From assembly GCA_951406725.2 (NCBI GenBank), contig OX597830.1, positions 3,162,001 through 3,226,000 on the forward strand: 64,000 nt of DNA, read 5' to 3'. Under the pieces are notes generated by a model. That model saw only the letters and a list, made by a program, of their open reading frames with translations. It was not told where the DNA came from and made no database searches. Source of the DNA: Octopus vulgaris (lineage: Eukaryota). The translations under genes and the position numbers were made by a program. Below, piece by piece: positions 37,300 to 49,946 of the stretch. The first letter of the stretch is position 1, and each line of letters begins with the position of its first letter.

Positions 37300-38700
37300 G
37301 TAATTGCTTGGTGATTTGGAGTTGCAATTTCGAAACTCAAGTGGAAGACTGTCACTAAAGATTTTAAAAATTGTCTGTTGTACCTGGGGTTTTTTTGTGG
37401 AGAAATTGGGTCTTTTTCCTTTTTCTCTTTAGTGTTTTTTCTTCTTTCTAAAGGATATTTAGCTGTGGTCAATATTTTTTAATGAGTAAGCTTTCCTTAT
37501 TTAAATTGAATCTGGTTGAAGTGTTTCCGGTGCATTGATAGAAAAGGAAGGTTTGGTATTTCAGGTTTATGTTTAAGGGGGCATCCAAAAGTTATGGAAA
37601 ACAAGAAAACACCATGACACAATTAAAACTTTATCCGACGTATCAACACTTAATCCAAGGAACATGGAAGTATATAACCAAAACATACCCCTCCTTATAA
37701 AGGTTCTGCAAATGAAAAAGGCACTGGAAACACATAGGATTATTAAAAGCAAGAGATAGCTGCAATCCCTAAAAAAGTTACATACAACTGCACTAGTCAA
37801 AAAGTGCAACCACCCTAACTGCGGGACTTGCATTTTCCTCTTAAAGGGCTCAACATACAAATTTAAGTCAGGTCAAAGTTTTACCATAAAAAAATCACTT
37901 CGCCTGTGCTTTGAAGAACTTAATCTCTGTTCTCAAATGTGGAGGGTGTGGTGGAGACTACTTATGTCAAACTAGTTTAACCTTGAAGGACAGACTAACG
38001 GTGCAGAGGCAACAAATCCAGGACCCCACGACTAGAAAAATTCCCATAAGCAAACACCCAGACCAATGCCCCCTTAAACATAAACCTGAAATACCAAACC
38101 TTCCTTTTCTATCAATGCACCGGAAACACTTCAACCAGATTCAATTTAAATAAGGAAAGCTTACTCATTAAAAAATATTGACCACAGCTTTAGAAAGAAA
38201 AAAAAACACTAAAGAGAGAAAAAGAAAAAAAAGAATCAATTTCTCCACAAAACACAAACAGGTACAACAGACAATTTTTAAAATCTTTAGTAACAGTGTT
38301 CCACCCAGGTTTCGAAATCACATCTCTAAATTACCATACAAAAACACCATACAAACACCAGTTGCTGACGTCACCTAACGCTAGACCAATGAAGTTTTAC
38401 AAACACCAGTTGCTGATATCACCTAAATTTAGACAAATGGAATTTTACCGCCAATCAAAACCGAACTTCAGCAAATACAACAAAATGACACTTTAAGAGA
38501 ATCAACCAACTGAAACAGCTGATGACCATTCCTCACAGGAAAGCCAACCAGGCAGAACAACAAACTTGACCACCAGAAAAACAAGACATCTCCAGTACTT
38601 GAACGAATCAAAAATTGGATCTGTTCACAGAAAAAATTATAAATACCCTGGATTCCAAAAAACAATTTTATAAGGGAAAATTCCTGCACACAAATGAAAG
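37300..38700 (+). mobile_element. Penelope-like element remnant with GIY-YIG endonuclease and inverted 5' duplication
   Basis: VSTLNPRN, IIKSKR...LKK, Cys-rich linker KCNHPNCGTC, then NLISVLKCGGCGGDYLCQTSLTLKDRLTVQRQQI (decayed GIY-YIG) and LIKKY*PQL. 37305-37584 is the reverse complement of 38066-38337. A 50-bp tandem repeat lies at 38350-38450. Confidence 0.8.
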
Positions 38701-38929
38701 AGAATCCCAGAAACTCTAAACCAAATCCCTTTTTTAGCTATCTTCATTTCTCTCTTGCTTTTCTCCCTCTTAACTCAATATGATTGAAACTTTGATGATA
38801 TATATTTCTTGTCAATCACGACTATCACTACTGAATTTTGTACATTTAAACTACTTTGGTAAAGAAATTTATTTTAAAACAGTTACAAGTTTTTCAAATT
38901 TAGGTGCCTTTATAACAACAAATTTGCCA

Positions 38930-38967
<38 letters not shown>

Positions 38968-39394
38968 ATATAGATATAGATATATATGTGTATGTATGTA
39001 TGAATGTATGTATGTATGTATATATATATATATATTTATGTGTGTGTTGTATGTTTTCATATGTATAACTTTGTATTTGGTCTCCAACTTGACAACCAGT
39101 GTTGGTTTGTTTATGTCTGCATAAATTGATAGTTCAGCATAAAGAAACTCACAGAATAAGTAGACTTAAAGTAATTTATGAGTTGGGTTTGTTCAGGAAA
39201 ACCTTTCTATGCAATGTACAAACATGGCTGCAGTCCAATGACAAAAAAAAAGAAGAAAACAATTGAAAAATAAAAGAATAATAAATTGAATAATTCAAAT
39301 TGCTGCAAAATCTCTTAGCTCTGTATTGAGTGCATTGTGTAGGGAATGATGTTCAGTTGAGTATCAGGTCTCAGTGATATCATAAAATGTTTCA

Positions 39395-39575
39395 GTTACC
39401 AAAAAGTCATCAAGCTGGACAAAATGTTTCCTGGTATTTCATCTGTCTTCACATTTTGAGTTCAAATTCCTCTGAGATCAACTTTGTTTTTCGGGGTGTC
39501 GATGAAATAAGTTAACTTCTGGTACTTACCCACTTTCCCAAAATTGCTGGCCCTGTACCAAAATTTGAAATCAAT
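39395..39575 (+). mobile_element. SINE-B copy
   Basis: gagttcaaattcctctgagatcaactttg...gtcgatgaaataagt...aaaattgctggcc. Confidence 0.65.
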
Positions 39576-40324
39576 ATTTCAGTTAGAAATAGCTATGAAT
39601 TTGCAGAATTGTTTATCTATATTCTTCAAATAATTCTATGAATTTATACAATTCTATACAAAACCTGCTCTGGTAGTGTTTACTTTGAATTATTGTAGTA
39701 ATTGCCATCAAACTATGGTAATTAATGTTTTAAATATTCTTAAAATTCTTGAGAACAAAGTTGTTTTCAGTGCAAATATTTCAAGAATGTATTAATTGAA
39801 AGGGTAATGAAGAGATATCATTTCGCTTGATGTAAGCAGTTATGTAAATAAAACATTTTATTTCATTTTTTTTCTCATTTCTTATTAATTAATAATTATT
39901 TGTTATTTTGCTTTTCTGTTTACAATTATTTTTGTTTACTAATTTTTCTCGTCTTCCTTTTTTAATTCTTTCATTTCTACATACTTCAAAATATAATTTA
40001 TTTTACCCAAAATAATAATTTTTTTGAATTTGAATTTTTTCCTTCTGCTTATCTTTTATTTGTTTTCTCTTCTTTACATTCTTTAATTCTTATTGATGTT
40101 GATTACATTTATAAATAATTTTCTAATTTTCATTGCAAAATTCAATTATTGAAAGTATTCCTCAAATAAATTTGAAATAATATCAAAGTAAGATAAATAC
40201 ATCATCCTTGGAATATTCTTTTGGGTTTCTTAAATCAAGTTTTGAAGGTAAAAAGAACATCATCCAACGACATATTTGCATCGCTTCATTCTTGTAGTAT
40301 CATTGAAACTTCACAAAGAAAAGC

Positions 40325-40540
40325 TGGTTTTAACATTCAGCACAAGGCCAGCAATTTTGGAGGAAGGGATAAATAGATTATGTTAACCCCAGTATTCAAC
40401 TGGTACTTATTTTATCAACCCCAAAAGAATGAAAGGAAACATCCATCACAGTGGCATTTGAACTCAGAACATAATGTAAGAAGAAACGCCATTGGGCATT
40501 TTGTCTGGCCGGCTAAAGATTCTGTCAGCTCACCACTTTC
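40325..40540 (-). mobile_element. SINE-B copy
   Basis: cacaaggccagcaattttgg...actggtacttattttatc...ttgaactcagaac. Confidence 0.75.
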
Positions 40541-42148
40541 ATCATCATCATTCAGTGTTTTAAACCGTGCTTTTGTTTCTATTAATGGGGGCGGTGGCCG
40601 AATCTACCTCAATGTCATAGCAATCAAGCTAGGCAGGTGCAGCCCACCAACACAGGTGCCAGACGGCCACGCTCAGATGGTGTTTTTTATGTGCCACCGA
40701 CACAGGTGCCAGACGAGGCTGGTAGACGGCCATGCTCGGATGGTGTTTTTTATGTGCCACCGACACAGGTGCCAGACGAGGCTGGCAGACAGCCACCCTT
40801 GGATGGTGTTTTCCTATGTGTCACCGGCACAGGTGCCAGACGAGGCTGGCGAACGGCCACTCTCGGATGGTGTTTGTTACGTGCCCTCAGCACGGAGGCC
40901 AGTTGATGCGGTACTGGCTACGGTCATGTTCAGATGGTTTTCTTATGTGCCACCGGCACTGGTACCATAAAAGGATACAAATAGGATACAAATTCCATTG
41001 ATGTACATCTATTTTGATTTGGTTTTGATTTTCACTTGCCTCAACAGGTCTTCTCAAGTGTCACAATAAGGAAGGTATGCACAGGTGGACTGACTACGTC
41101 CCAGGTAGGGGCCATGGGATATGGCTTCACTAGTCTTGCCGGGTCTTCTCATGCACAGCATACTTCCATAGGTCTCGGTCTCTAGTCATTTCCATGGTGA
41201 GACCTAACGTCCGAAGGTCGTGCTTCACCACCTCCTCCCAGGTTTTCCTGGGTCTACCTCTTCCACGGGTTCCCTCAACTGCTAGGGATTGGCACTTTCT
41301 CACACACCTATCTTCATCCATTCTCGCCACATGACCATACCAGCGCAATCGTCTGTCTTGCACACCACAACTGATGCTTCTTAGGTACAACATTTCTCTC
41401 AAGGTACTAACGCTCTGTCGAGTAAGTACACTGACATTACACATCCATCGGAGCATACTGGCTTCATTCCTCACGGCCCATGTTTCACTGCCATGTAGCA
41501 TAGCTGTTCGTACACATGCATCATACAGTCTGCCTTTTACTCTGAGCGAGAGGCCTTTAGTCACCAGCAGAGGTAAGAGCTCCCTAAACTTTGCCCAGGC
41601 TATTCTTATTCTAGCAGTTACACTTTCAGCGCACCCACCCCCACTACTGACTTGGTCACCTAGATAGCGGAAGCTATCAACTACTTCTAGTTTTTCCCCC
41701 GGAAAGTGACGGAAGTTGTTTTCTGCAGATTTTCGGAGGTCAATGCTCCCGAGCATCTGCCACATACAAAAACTATCTTCCCAGTTAGCCTACCTTTGAC
41801 ATTGCTGCACCTCTTATGTGTCCATAGCTTACACTGGGTACATCTTATAGAGTTTCTACCTACACCTTTTCTACAGATCGAGCAGGGCCATCTTCCTGAG
41901 GATATTTGTGGATTGTCTACCTTTCTACTTATCAGTACTTTGGTTTTAGCTAGGCCCCTCGATTCTAAACCCTCCTTCCACACCTGGAACTTCTGCTCCA
42001 GTTCTGATAGTGACTCAGCAATTAGAGAGAGGTCGTCAGCATAAAGGAGCTCCCAAGGGCAGCCTGTCTTGAATTCCTCCACAATTGCCTGGAGGACTAT
42101 GATAAATAGGAGGGGGCTGAGTACTGAACCCTGGTGGACCCCAACCTC
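40540..42148 (-). mobile_element. RTE-clade LINE, copy 3 (5'-truncated within RT, least decayed)
   Basis: ORF 41687-42082 has ELLYADDL and a C4HC3 finger. ORF 41130-41765 has LEVVDSFRYLG, MLHGSETW, RRLRWYGHVARM and GRGRPRKTW. 3' UTR has ~63-bp tandem units; (CAT)n at 40540. Confidence 0.92.
40652..40960. repeat. ~63-bp tandem repeat (about 5 units) in the RTE 3' UTR
   Basis: cacaggtgccagacgaggctggcagacggccacgctcggatggtgttttttatgtgccaccg. Confidence 0.9.
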
Positions 42149-42187
42149 TATTATTATTATTAATAATAATAATAATGATAATAATAA

Positions 42188-42602
42188 TCCTTTCTACTAT
42201 AGGCACAAGGCCTGAAATTTTGGGAGAGGGGTTGAGTCGATTACATCAACCCCAGTACTCCACTGGTGCTTAATTTAAAGACCCCGAAAGGATGAAGAGC
42301 AAAGTTGACCTTGGTTGAATTTGAACTCAGAATGACAAGCAAAAACCCGTTAAGCAATTCATCCAGAATGCTGATGATTCTGCCTGCTTGCTGAAGAATA
42401 ATTCTTTCTACTGTAGGCCTAAGACCTGAAGTTTTGGATGAGTGAGAGTCTCAGTGCTCAAGTGTTGTTTAACTTATTTACTCTGAAAGGATAAAAAGTG
42501 AAGTCAGTCCCGGAGGCATCTGAACTTAAAACATAAAGTTTGGAGAAAATCAGGCGAGCATTTTCTCTGAAATGGTAAGGATTCTACCAGTTCACCACCT
42601 TA
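42188..42602 (-). mobile_element. Two adjacent SINE-B copies
   Basis: Both begin (on +) with ctttctact.taggc..aag.cctgaa and contain gaaaggat...tgaact. Confidence 0.75.
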
Positions 42603-43294
42603 AAAACCTCACAAAGAAATAGCAAAAGCTAACATATGAAAACCATTTTAGAAACTGAGTTCATTTTTTATTATTCCAGGCTGGAGTCAATAACATGCTG
42701 TACCAGTTATATACTGGGGTCTAATCAACTAACCACCCCACCCTCATCCAATTTCAAGACAATGTTCTTCCATTAAAAATCAGCATCCTAATGATATTTC
42801 TAATGATCCCTTACAATTCCACCAATTAACCTCTGTAGACTAATACTCTACTTTACAGACCTTAGAATGGTGCAAGGTAACGGTGACTGCAGTGAGGTTT
42901 GAACTCAAAATGCAGGAAGCAAGAACGAGTATTGCAAGGCATTTTGTTCCATGCTCTGATAACTTGGCCATTTCAATGTGTTACATTGCCTTAATCAACT
43001 ATTATAGTAAGAAAAGACTGGAACCTGTTTGTTGACTGCATAGACTGATCCAAGCAAAGTTGAGCAGGGTAATTAGTTATAATTTATTGTAATGAGTTCA
43101 AGTCAGTTACAATTTGTTATCTCAAAACTGTTTGCTCTGTGATTAAACACATCATCTTGTAAGTGTCCCCAACAATATCCTCAGCCTGACTGGTGAGTTT
43201 AAAGTAAAATTAGGAAACAAGAATTGTATGGAAGCCTATTGTGTATATGTGTACATGTGTATATATTATATTTATGTATGTGTATATATATATG

Positions 43295-43347
<53 letters not shown>

Positions 43348-43349
<2 letters not shown>

Positions 43350-43564
43350 TCTTTATCTTTTTATCTTTTACTTGTTTCAGTCATTTGACTGCGGCCATGC
43401 TGGAGCACCGCCTTTAATCGAACAACTCGACCACAGGACTTATTCTTTTGTAAGCCCACTACTTATTCTATCGGTCTCTTTTGCCGAACCGCTAAGTAAC
43501 GGGGAGATAAACACACCTGCATCGGTTGTCAAGCAATGCTAGGGGGACAAACACAGACGCACAA

Positions 43565-43608
<44 letters not shown>

Positions 43609-43770
43609 GACAGGCTTCTTTCAGTTTCCGTCTACCAAATCCGCTCACAAGGCATTGGTCGGCCCGGGGCTATAGCAGAAGACACTTGCCCAAGATGCCA
43701 CGCAGTGGGACTGAACCCGGAACCATATGGTTGGTTAGCAAGCTACTTACCACACAGCCACTCCTGTGCC
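43348..43770 (-). mobile_element. Full-length, well-preserved SINE-A
   Basis: Minus strand: ggcacaggagtggctgtgtggtaagtagcttgc (A-box-like) ... ccgggttcagtccc (B-box-like) ... ggcggtgctccagcatggccgcagtcaaatgactgaaacaag. Confidence 0.92.
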
Positions 43771-44319
43771 TGTATATATATATATATATATATATACATA
43801 TATATATACATATATGTACATACATATATATATGCAGAAATGTGAGGAAACAATGCAGTGATTACAAATAAATGTTCATCTGTACTCATTTTAGTTGACT
43901 CCAACTTATTCAATTATATATGTGTGTGTGTGTTTGTATATATATGTATATATATATATATACATATACACATACACACATTCATATATATACATAGCCC
44001 AATCACTAACAATCTGTCACTCTCCTCCCACATGCTTGTGAAATTACTCACCTTTCCTTACTGGTAATCAGTTTGTATTCCCTTTCATAATCACCTTCTT
44101 GTACCTTGAGTGTAGGCTCTGCTCTCCCCACACCACCATCTTTGCCTCCCTTCCACCTACTCTCACCAACCTGTATGATATGCAGGATAGCCATATATCC
44201 CCTGTATAGCAAAACACTTGTGCATCTTCTCTCATATTCTGGCCTTGAGCAACCAGCATAAAGCCATCTGCTCCTCTCTTAAACACATTCCCATTCAGAC
44301 GAGATGGCTTTTTTTTCGT

Positions 44320-44572
44320 TTCTTTACTTTGTCTTGCAAATTATTTGGTAACCTCAGTGGTGCTGGTTTCCCCTCCCCACACACCCCAAAATAGTACCAA
44401 ATACACACTGTAAATGTGTTGGCACTTTAGAAGGTCATCCAGCCATAGAAACAAGGCTGACATGGAGGCCTGAAACAGTTCTGAAACCCATCAGACCCTG
44501 TGAAACCATCCAATCCACGTCAGTATGAAGGATGGATGTTTAATGATGATGTCGATGATGATGATGATGATT
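44320..44572 (+). mobile_element. RTE 3' UTR fragment with (GAT)n tail (similar at 54470-54625 on - and 59700-60000 on +)
   Basis: catccagcc.tagaaac ... catccaatcca.g.cag.atg ... tttaatgatgatg. Confidence 0.65.
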
Positions 44573-44590
44573 ACAATTGTGCTGATGATA

Positions 44591-45143
44591 CACACACACA
44601 CACACACATACATAAATTAACCCAATAAATATCTGATTCATAATATTTGTTCTCACGATTGTGTGGTGGTTGTGGCGATGATAATTCTCTCTATGAATGC
44701 AGACAGAAGTAGAGAGAGTGTGTGAAAGCGCTGTCGAAGGCGGGGAGGGGGGAAATATAGGACGCTGTGAAACGACGTTATAGATAGAAATTGAAAGGAA
44801 GGGAGGAAAGAGAGTCAGTGATGGAGGAAGACAGATACATAAAAGAATGAGAGTAGACTTATCACTCTCTCTCTTTCCTCCCTTCCTTTCACTTTCTATC
44901 TATAACGTCGTTTCATAGCGTCTACCTCCCTTCCTTTCACTTTCTATCTATGATGTCGTTTCACAGCGTTCTATATCTCCCCCTTCCCTGCCTTCGACAG
45001 CGCTTTCACACTCTCTCTCTCTCTCTCTCTACATGTCTGCATTCATAGAGAGAATTATCATCGCCACAACCACCACACAATCATGAGAACAAATATTATG
45101 AATCAGATATTTATTGGATTAATTTATATATGTGTGTGTGTGT
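44591..45143. repeat. Large foldback: ~215-bp inverted arms with a 48-bp internal tandem duplication
   Basis: 44611-44807 (cataaattaacccaataaatatctgattc...gaaaggaagggagg) is the reverse complement of ~44925-45130. ctcccttcctttcactttctatctat...gcgt occurs twice in 44878-44970. Confidence 0.92.
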
Positions 45144-45419
45144 TCTATATATAAATATGTATATATACAATGTGTATATATCTGTATTTATGTATATTAA
45201 ACTTTTTAATACTTTTTGATAGTTATATTTATTTTTTTAAAAATTATAAGTATAAAGTAATAATTTTAATTTTAAATTTAAATAATTTAAATATTTTATA
45301 TATTTTGTATATTATATTTTTAAAATAAAAATATAATATACAAAATATATAAAATATGATTTATGTTTTTCACTGTTTGATTTTCCTAATAGTGGTTTTA
45401 TCTCTAATTTAATTTTATA

Positions 45420-46308
45420 TATATATATATATATATTGAAAATATGCACACCTATGTTAAAAGTGCTGGCGAGTTTGCATGGCAACTATTTTTTTCCTTA
45501 AATGAAAGGCGTGACCTCTAGGACAAACTTCCTCATCTTATAAAATGTGGCCCGAGTAGACTCGAATGAAACCAGGTTATATTAACCAAAATGTGAAAAG
45601 GGGTCTAAATGGGGCTCAAAGAAGATTAAAATTTAGAGGAGCAGGTGTTTAGGAATTCTCTGTTACATCAAGCTAAAAAATTTGTGCCAGCCTTTAAATC
45701 GTCAATGTGTTGTTGTCCAATGATGAAGAAGTTTTGAATGCTTGCCATGGTGAGTCTACTGTCGTGAGAAAGAATCACTTCAAAACTTGGTGTTTAGGAA
45801 TTTTATTTTACATCAAGTTCAAAATTTTACGCCAGCCGTTAAACTGCCACTATGTTGCTGTCTGTCGTTAAGAAATGCCAGCCATGGTGACTCTACTATC
45901 CTCAAATTCTATCCCTTCAAACTTTGGTTTCCAATATTTTATTATTTTTATTCAGCTCGCAAGTTCGTCTGTCCCTTTTAAATGTTAGTGTTTTGCTGTC
46001 TGCCTTGAAGCAGACCTTTCCGTTGTCACTGCCTGATATTTATGATTGATCTTTCAAAATATTTCCCTTTCTCAACTTACTCAAGATCTTTTGTTGTTTA
46101 TAAATGGGAGAGAGAGAGATAGAGAAAGATAGAGAGTAAGAGAAAGCGAGGGAAAGTCCGAGAGAAAGGAAGAGTAAGAGAGTGGGAAAGTGAGAGAGAA
46201 AGGAGAGAGAAACAAAGAGGAAGAATGTGGCGATAAGAAACAGAAAGGAAGCAACAGAAAGTAACAACCACACCCTCACCCGCGCGTAGAGCGGGTCACC
46301 TTAAGCTA

Positions 46309-46309
<1 letters not shown>
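45420..46309 (+). mobile_element. Putative non-autonomous Helitron
   Basis: 3' end ACCCGC-gcgtaga-GCGGGT hairpin, then caccttaagCTAG|T. The 5' end is uncertain and lies in (TA)n near 45420. Confidence 0.6.
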
Positions 46310-46350
<41 letters not shown>

Positions 46351-47170
46351 GTACATATGCACACACATACGCACGTATATATTTATATATGGATATATAT
46401 GTTGGTAAGAGTACATGTATGTGTTTGTGTTTGTATGTACTTGTCTCTATGTCCAGTCACTTAGTACTGAAACAGAGATTGATAAAAATAAACACCGGCA
46501 GCAATATGGTTGACTAAAACACTACAAGACAGTACTCCAGCATGGCCACAATGTTTTGACTGGAATGAATAAAAATGCAAAGTAGCAAAAGAGTGAAAGT
46601 CGTATAAATGGAATGAAATGAGACTGTGTGGCATTCATGCCTTTATGCTATGACGTTAACATTTTCCTGCCTGAAATCACCTCTGCTTCTCTGATATAAA
46701 ATATTTCGTTTTACAAAGGGCAGAGCTACATATCGGAGCACTGATAGCAGTCATCTTATTGCAGCAGCTCATATGAACATTACTATCTCGCATTCACTGA
46801 AGAACAATCTTGATAGATTTGCTGTACTGCAACAAATGTACTGCTGAATATAGCTGGCTTCGATGTAATAATGGTTTTAACTTAACCACATTTATGGTTG
46901 TAGAGCAGAGCTTGTAACAATGACTATAATACAATCAACTATCAAATTATAGGATTTAGAAAATAAACCATGTTTGAATGAGGCAAGCTGTTTACATCGT
47001 TGAATGTTTGTTAATGGCATAAGTTTTCAATGAATATATTTCATAGAAATTTCTGTTCATCTCTAATGAAACATATTGATCAATTTATAAACATTTACAA
47101 ATTTATTTTGATATCTCTGCAGGAAAGGAAATCTAGAGAAGAATAAACTAGTAAATAAAATGTTTTGAAA

Positions 47171-47390
<220 letters not shown>

Positions 47391-47868
47391 ACAGCAATAA
47401 CAAGTTACAACCACCATAATAATGAGAAAACTGCTGATTGAGTGTATGTTGAAATTAGTTATTTAGTAAATGGTTAAAACAGACAGTTATATCAGAAAGT
47501 GGCAAATAAATAAACTGTTGAATTAGGCAGATAGCTACATAATTATTGTCAAGGAACCGAAAATTCACCAGAGAGCATTGTTAATAACATAAACTGTACA
47601 TTTAAATTGAATGTTTAGAGATTCTATTAAAATGGAGGGTTTAACAGACAACCACAAAGATGGCCGATGCAAGATGAAATATTGAAACTTTTCTCTAAGA
47701 ATAAAATCAATAAAACACAAAATAGATTATCAAAATAATTATATATGTGCAACCGAGTGTGTGTGTATGTAGGGTGTGTTTGCGTGCACATTCATATTTC
47801 TCGGCTACAAATAAACAATGGATATATATGTGTGTGCATATGTGTATGCATATATATATGTATATATG

Positions 47869-47906
<38 letters not shown>

Positions 47907-48438
47907 TATGTATGTACGTATGTGTATTGTATATGTATGTATATATGTATGTATGTGTATTGTATATCTCTGTAAATATGTGTGTGAATGCATACGTGTG
48001 GAGATGTTTATGTTTCTCTACTACAAATAAACAATGGGTATATGGATATATATAAATATATATATATATATATATGGCAATAAGGCCAAACCCCTTATAG
48101 ACAGGAAACCCAGTGTAATCCCATAAACCGGCCTCCCCCATTAAAATATTAACTGCTTTACATCTCAATGTGCTTCTTCTCTGGTTTTATGCTTTCTCCA
48201 AACGATATATATATATATATATCTGTGAGAGTTAGAGGTTTGGTAGGCCATAAGGAACTGATCTTTTGCTCTTTTCTGTAATATTAACATGTGTGTGTAA
48301 CACATTGTTACTGTATATGTAAGTTTTCTTGTAATACTTTGTAATGCTTTGGAATAGACACACTGGAAATGTCTACCAGATGATGTATGGCGTTTTGTAT
48401 CCTCTCCATTTTCTTATTTGCTGAATATATATATATAT

Positions 48439-48519
<81 letters not shown>

Positions 48520-48520
48520 G

Positions 48521-48551
<31 letters not shown>

Positions 48552-48680
48552 GAATATGAAGGGTTTAGTTCATTGATGATCTAAACCAATAGGTATGCTG
48601 CATAGAGTTTGGAGCTAGGGATCCGTAGCTGACTTCTGAGTCAGCTGGTTTATATTAAAATAAAAGGAAAAAAAACAAAT

Positions 48681-48816
48681 CAGGCCGAGTATCTCAGGTC
48701 ATTTAGAATATTTAATTTGAGTAAGGTGAATCCAAAATGGAGAAGTAGAACTAATTACTTCTATTCCTCTTTTGATTCAACTTACATATTCTAAATGACC
48801 TGAGATACTCAGCCTG
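48681..48816. repeat. Imperfect hairpin (~60-bp arms)
   Basis: caggccgagtatctcaggtcatttagaatat ... atattctaaatgacctgagatactcagcctg. Confidence 0.85.
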
Positions 48817-48841
48817 TCTTGGTTATATATATATATGCACA

Positions 48842-49308
48842 CAGGGTTATTCAGAAAGTGATTTCATTGCGCAATATTTTGATAAGAAAAGCAATAGAAT
48901 ACTCCAGCTAAGTCACAAGTATTTACTCCCAATCAACTTTTATTTCCTGTCTTACCAGTGTTCAATATGGCCACCACCTACAGCACGGGCAACATCAATG
49001 CCATAAGAGAATTCTTCCCAGATGCGTATCAACATATCATGATCCACTGAGTTGATTGTTGTTGTTATCCCATATTTAAGGTCATCAGGGTTAGTGGACA
49101 GCAGTGGAACATAAATGCAATCTTTTACATATCCCCACAAGAAGAACGTGATATGCTGATATGTGTCTGGGAGGAATTCTCTTATTGCATTGATGTCGCC
49201 TGTTCTGCAGGTGGTGGCCACATTGAACACTTGTAAGACAAGAAATTAAAGTTGATTGTGAGTCAATACTTGTGACTGAGCTGGAGTATTCTATTGCTTT
49301 TCCTTATT

Positions 49309-49315
<7 letters not shown>
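48842..49315 (-). mobile_element. Tc1/mariner-superfamily transposase 3' end duplicated as a foldback
   Basis: ORF 48952-49230 contains FFLWGYVKDCIY...LKYGITTTINSV..DMLIRIWEEF...GGHIEH. 48882-49038 and 49149-49312 are inverted copies. TIR-like CAGGGTTATTCAGAAAGTG at 48842. Confidence 0.8.
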
Positions 49316-49348
<33 letters not shown>

Positions 49349-49667
49349 CACACATTTATATAATCTCCTGTGAGTTAACATGGGATCTCTTGATGACACT
49401 CTAACCTTCATTTGACCAAGGTGTCTTTGGTTTGTTGAGTAGCTAGCGGAGTACCACTCGATTAAGTGATTACTGCTTCTAAGGCTCTGCTAGTTAGGAA
49501 ACATATGTAGCCTGGATTTTACCTTCTCCATTCTCTAAATTTCGTTTTTTTATTGCATCCATAGCAACCCCAGTCACTAACTGTGAACTGTAAAATAATT
49601 TTTTTCAGCTTATTGAACTTTGATATAACAAAAATTTACAATTTGATATAACAAAAATTTACAATAA

Positions 49668-49909
49668 TGGCGGTGCCCCAGCATGGCCACAGCTCATAAG
49701 CTGAAACTGGAAAAATCAAAATCAAAAATCAACCTTCTATGCCAATAAACTACTATTTTTACTGAATGTTGCATTTTATACATCCTATGGACTAGTTGAA
49801 GCTTACTAACTTCCTACACCTTGATCCTTCTATCTTACCTTTACATATATATGTATATGATTGATTGATTGATTCTAGTTTCAGCTTATGTGGCCATGCT
49901 GGGGCACCG

Positions 49910-49912
<3 letters not shown>
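49668..49912. mobile_element. Two inverted short LINE/SINE-type 3' tails related to the SINE-A tail
   Basis: tggcggtgccccagcatggccacagctc..agctgaaact + aaatc repeats on +, and tgacggtgccccagcatggccacataagctgaaact + (aatc)n on -. Confidence 0.65.

Positions 49913-49946
<34 letters not shown>

Noticed and set aside
40652-40960. Repeat array superficially like CRISPR
   Set aside because: Units are contiguous tandem copies without unique spacers, lie inside a LINE 3' UTR in eukaryotic DNA, and no cas genes are present.
43690-43770. tRNA gene
   Set aside because: The A/B-box-like sequence is the tRNA-derived head of a SINE; no complete cloverleaf.
44225-44305. Possible tiny Dong-like fragment (GADGFMLVAQGQ resembling EGFILAAQDQ) on the minus strand
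   Set aside because: Too short and diverged to call by eye.
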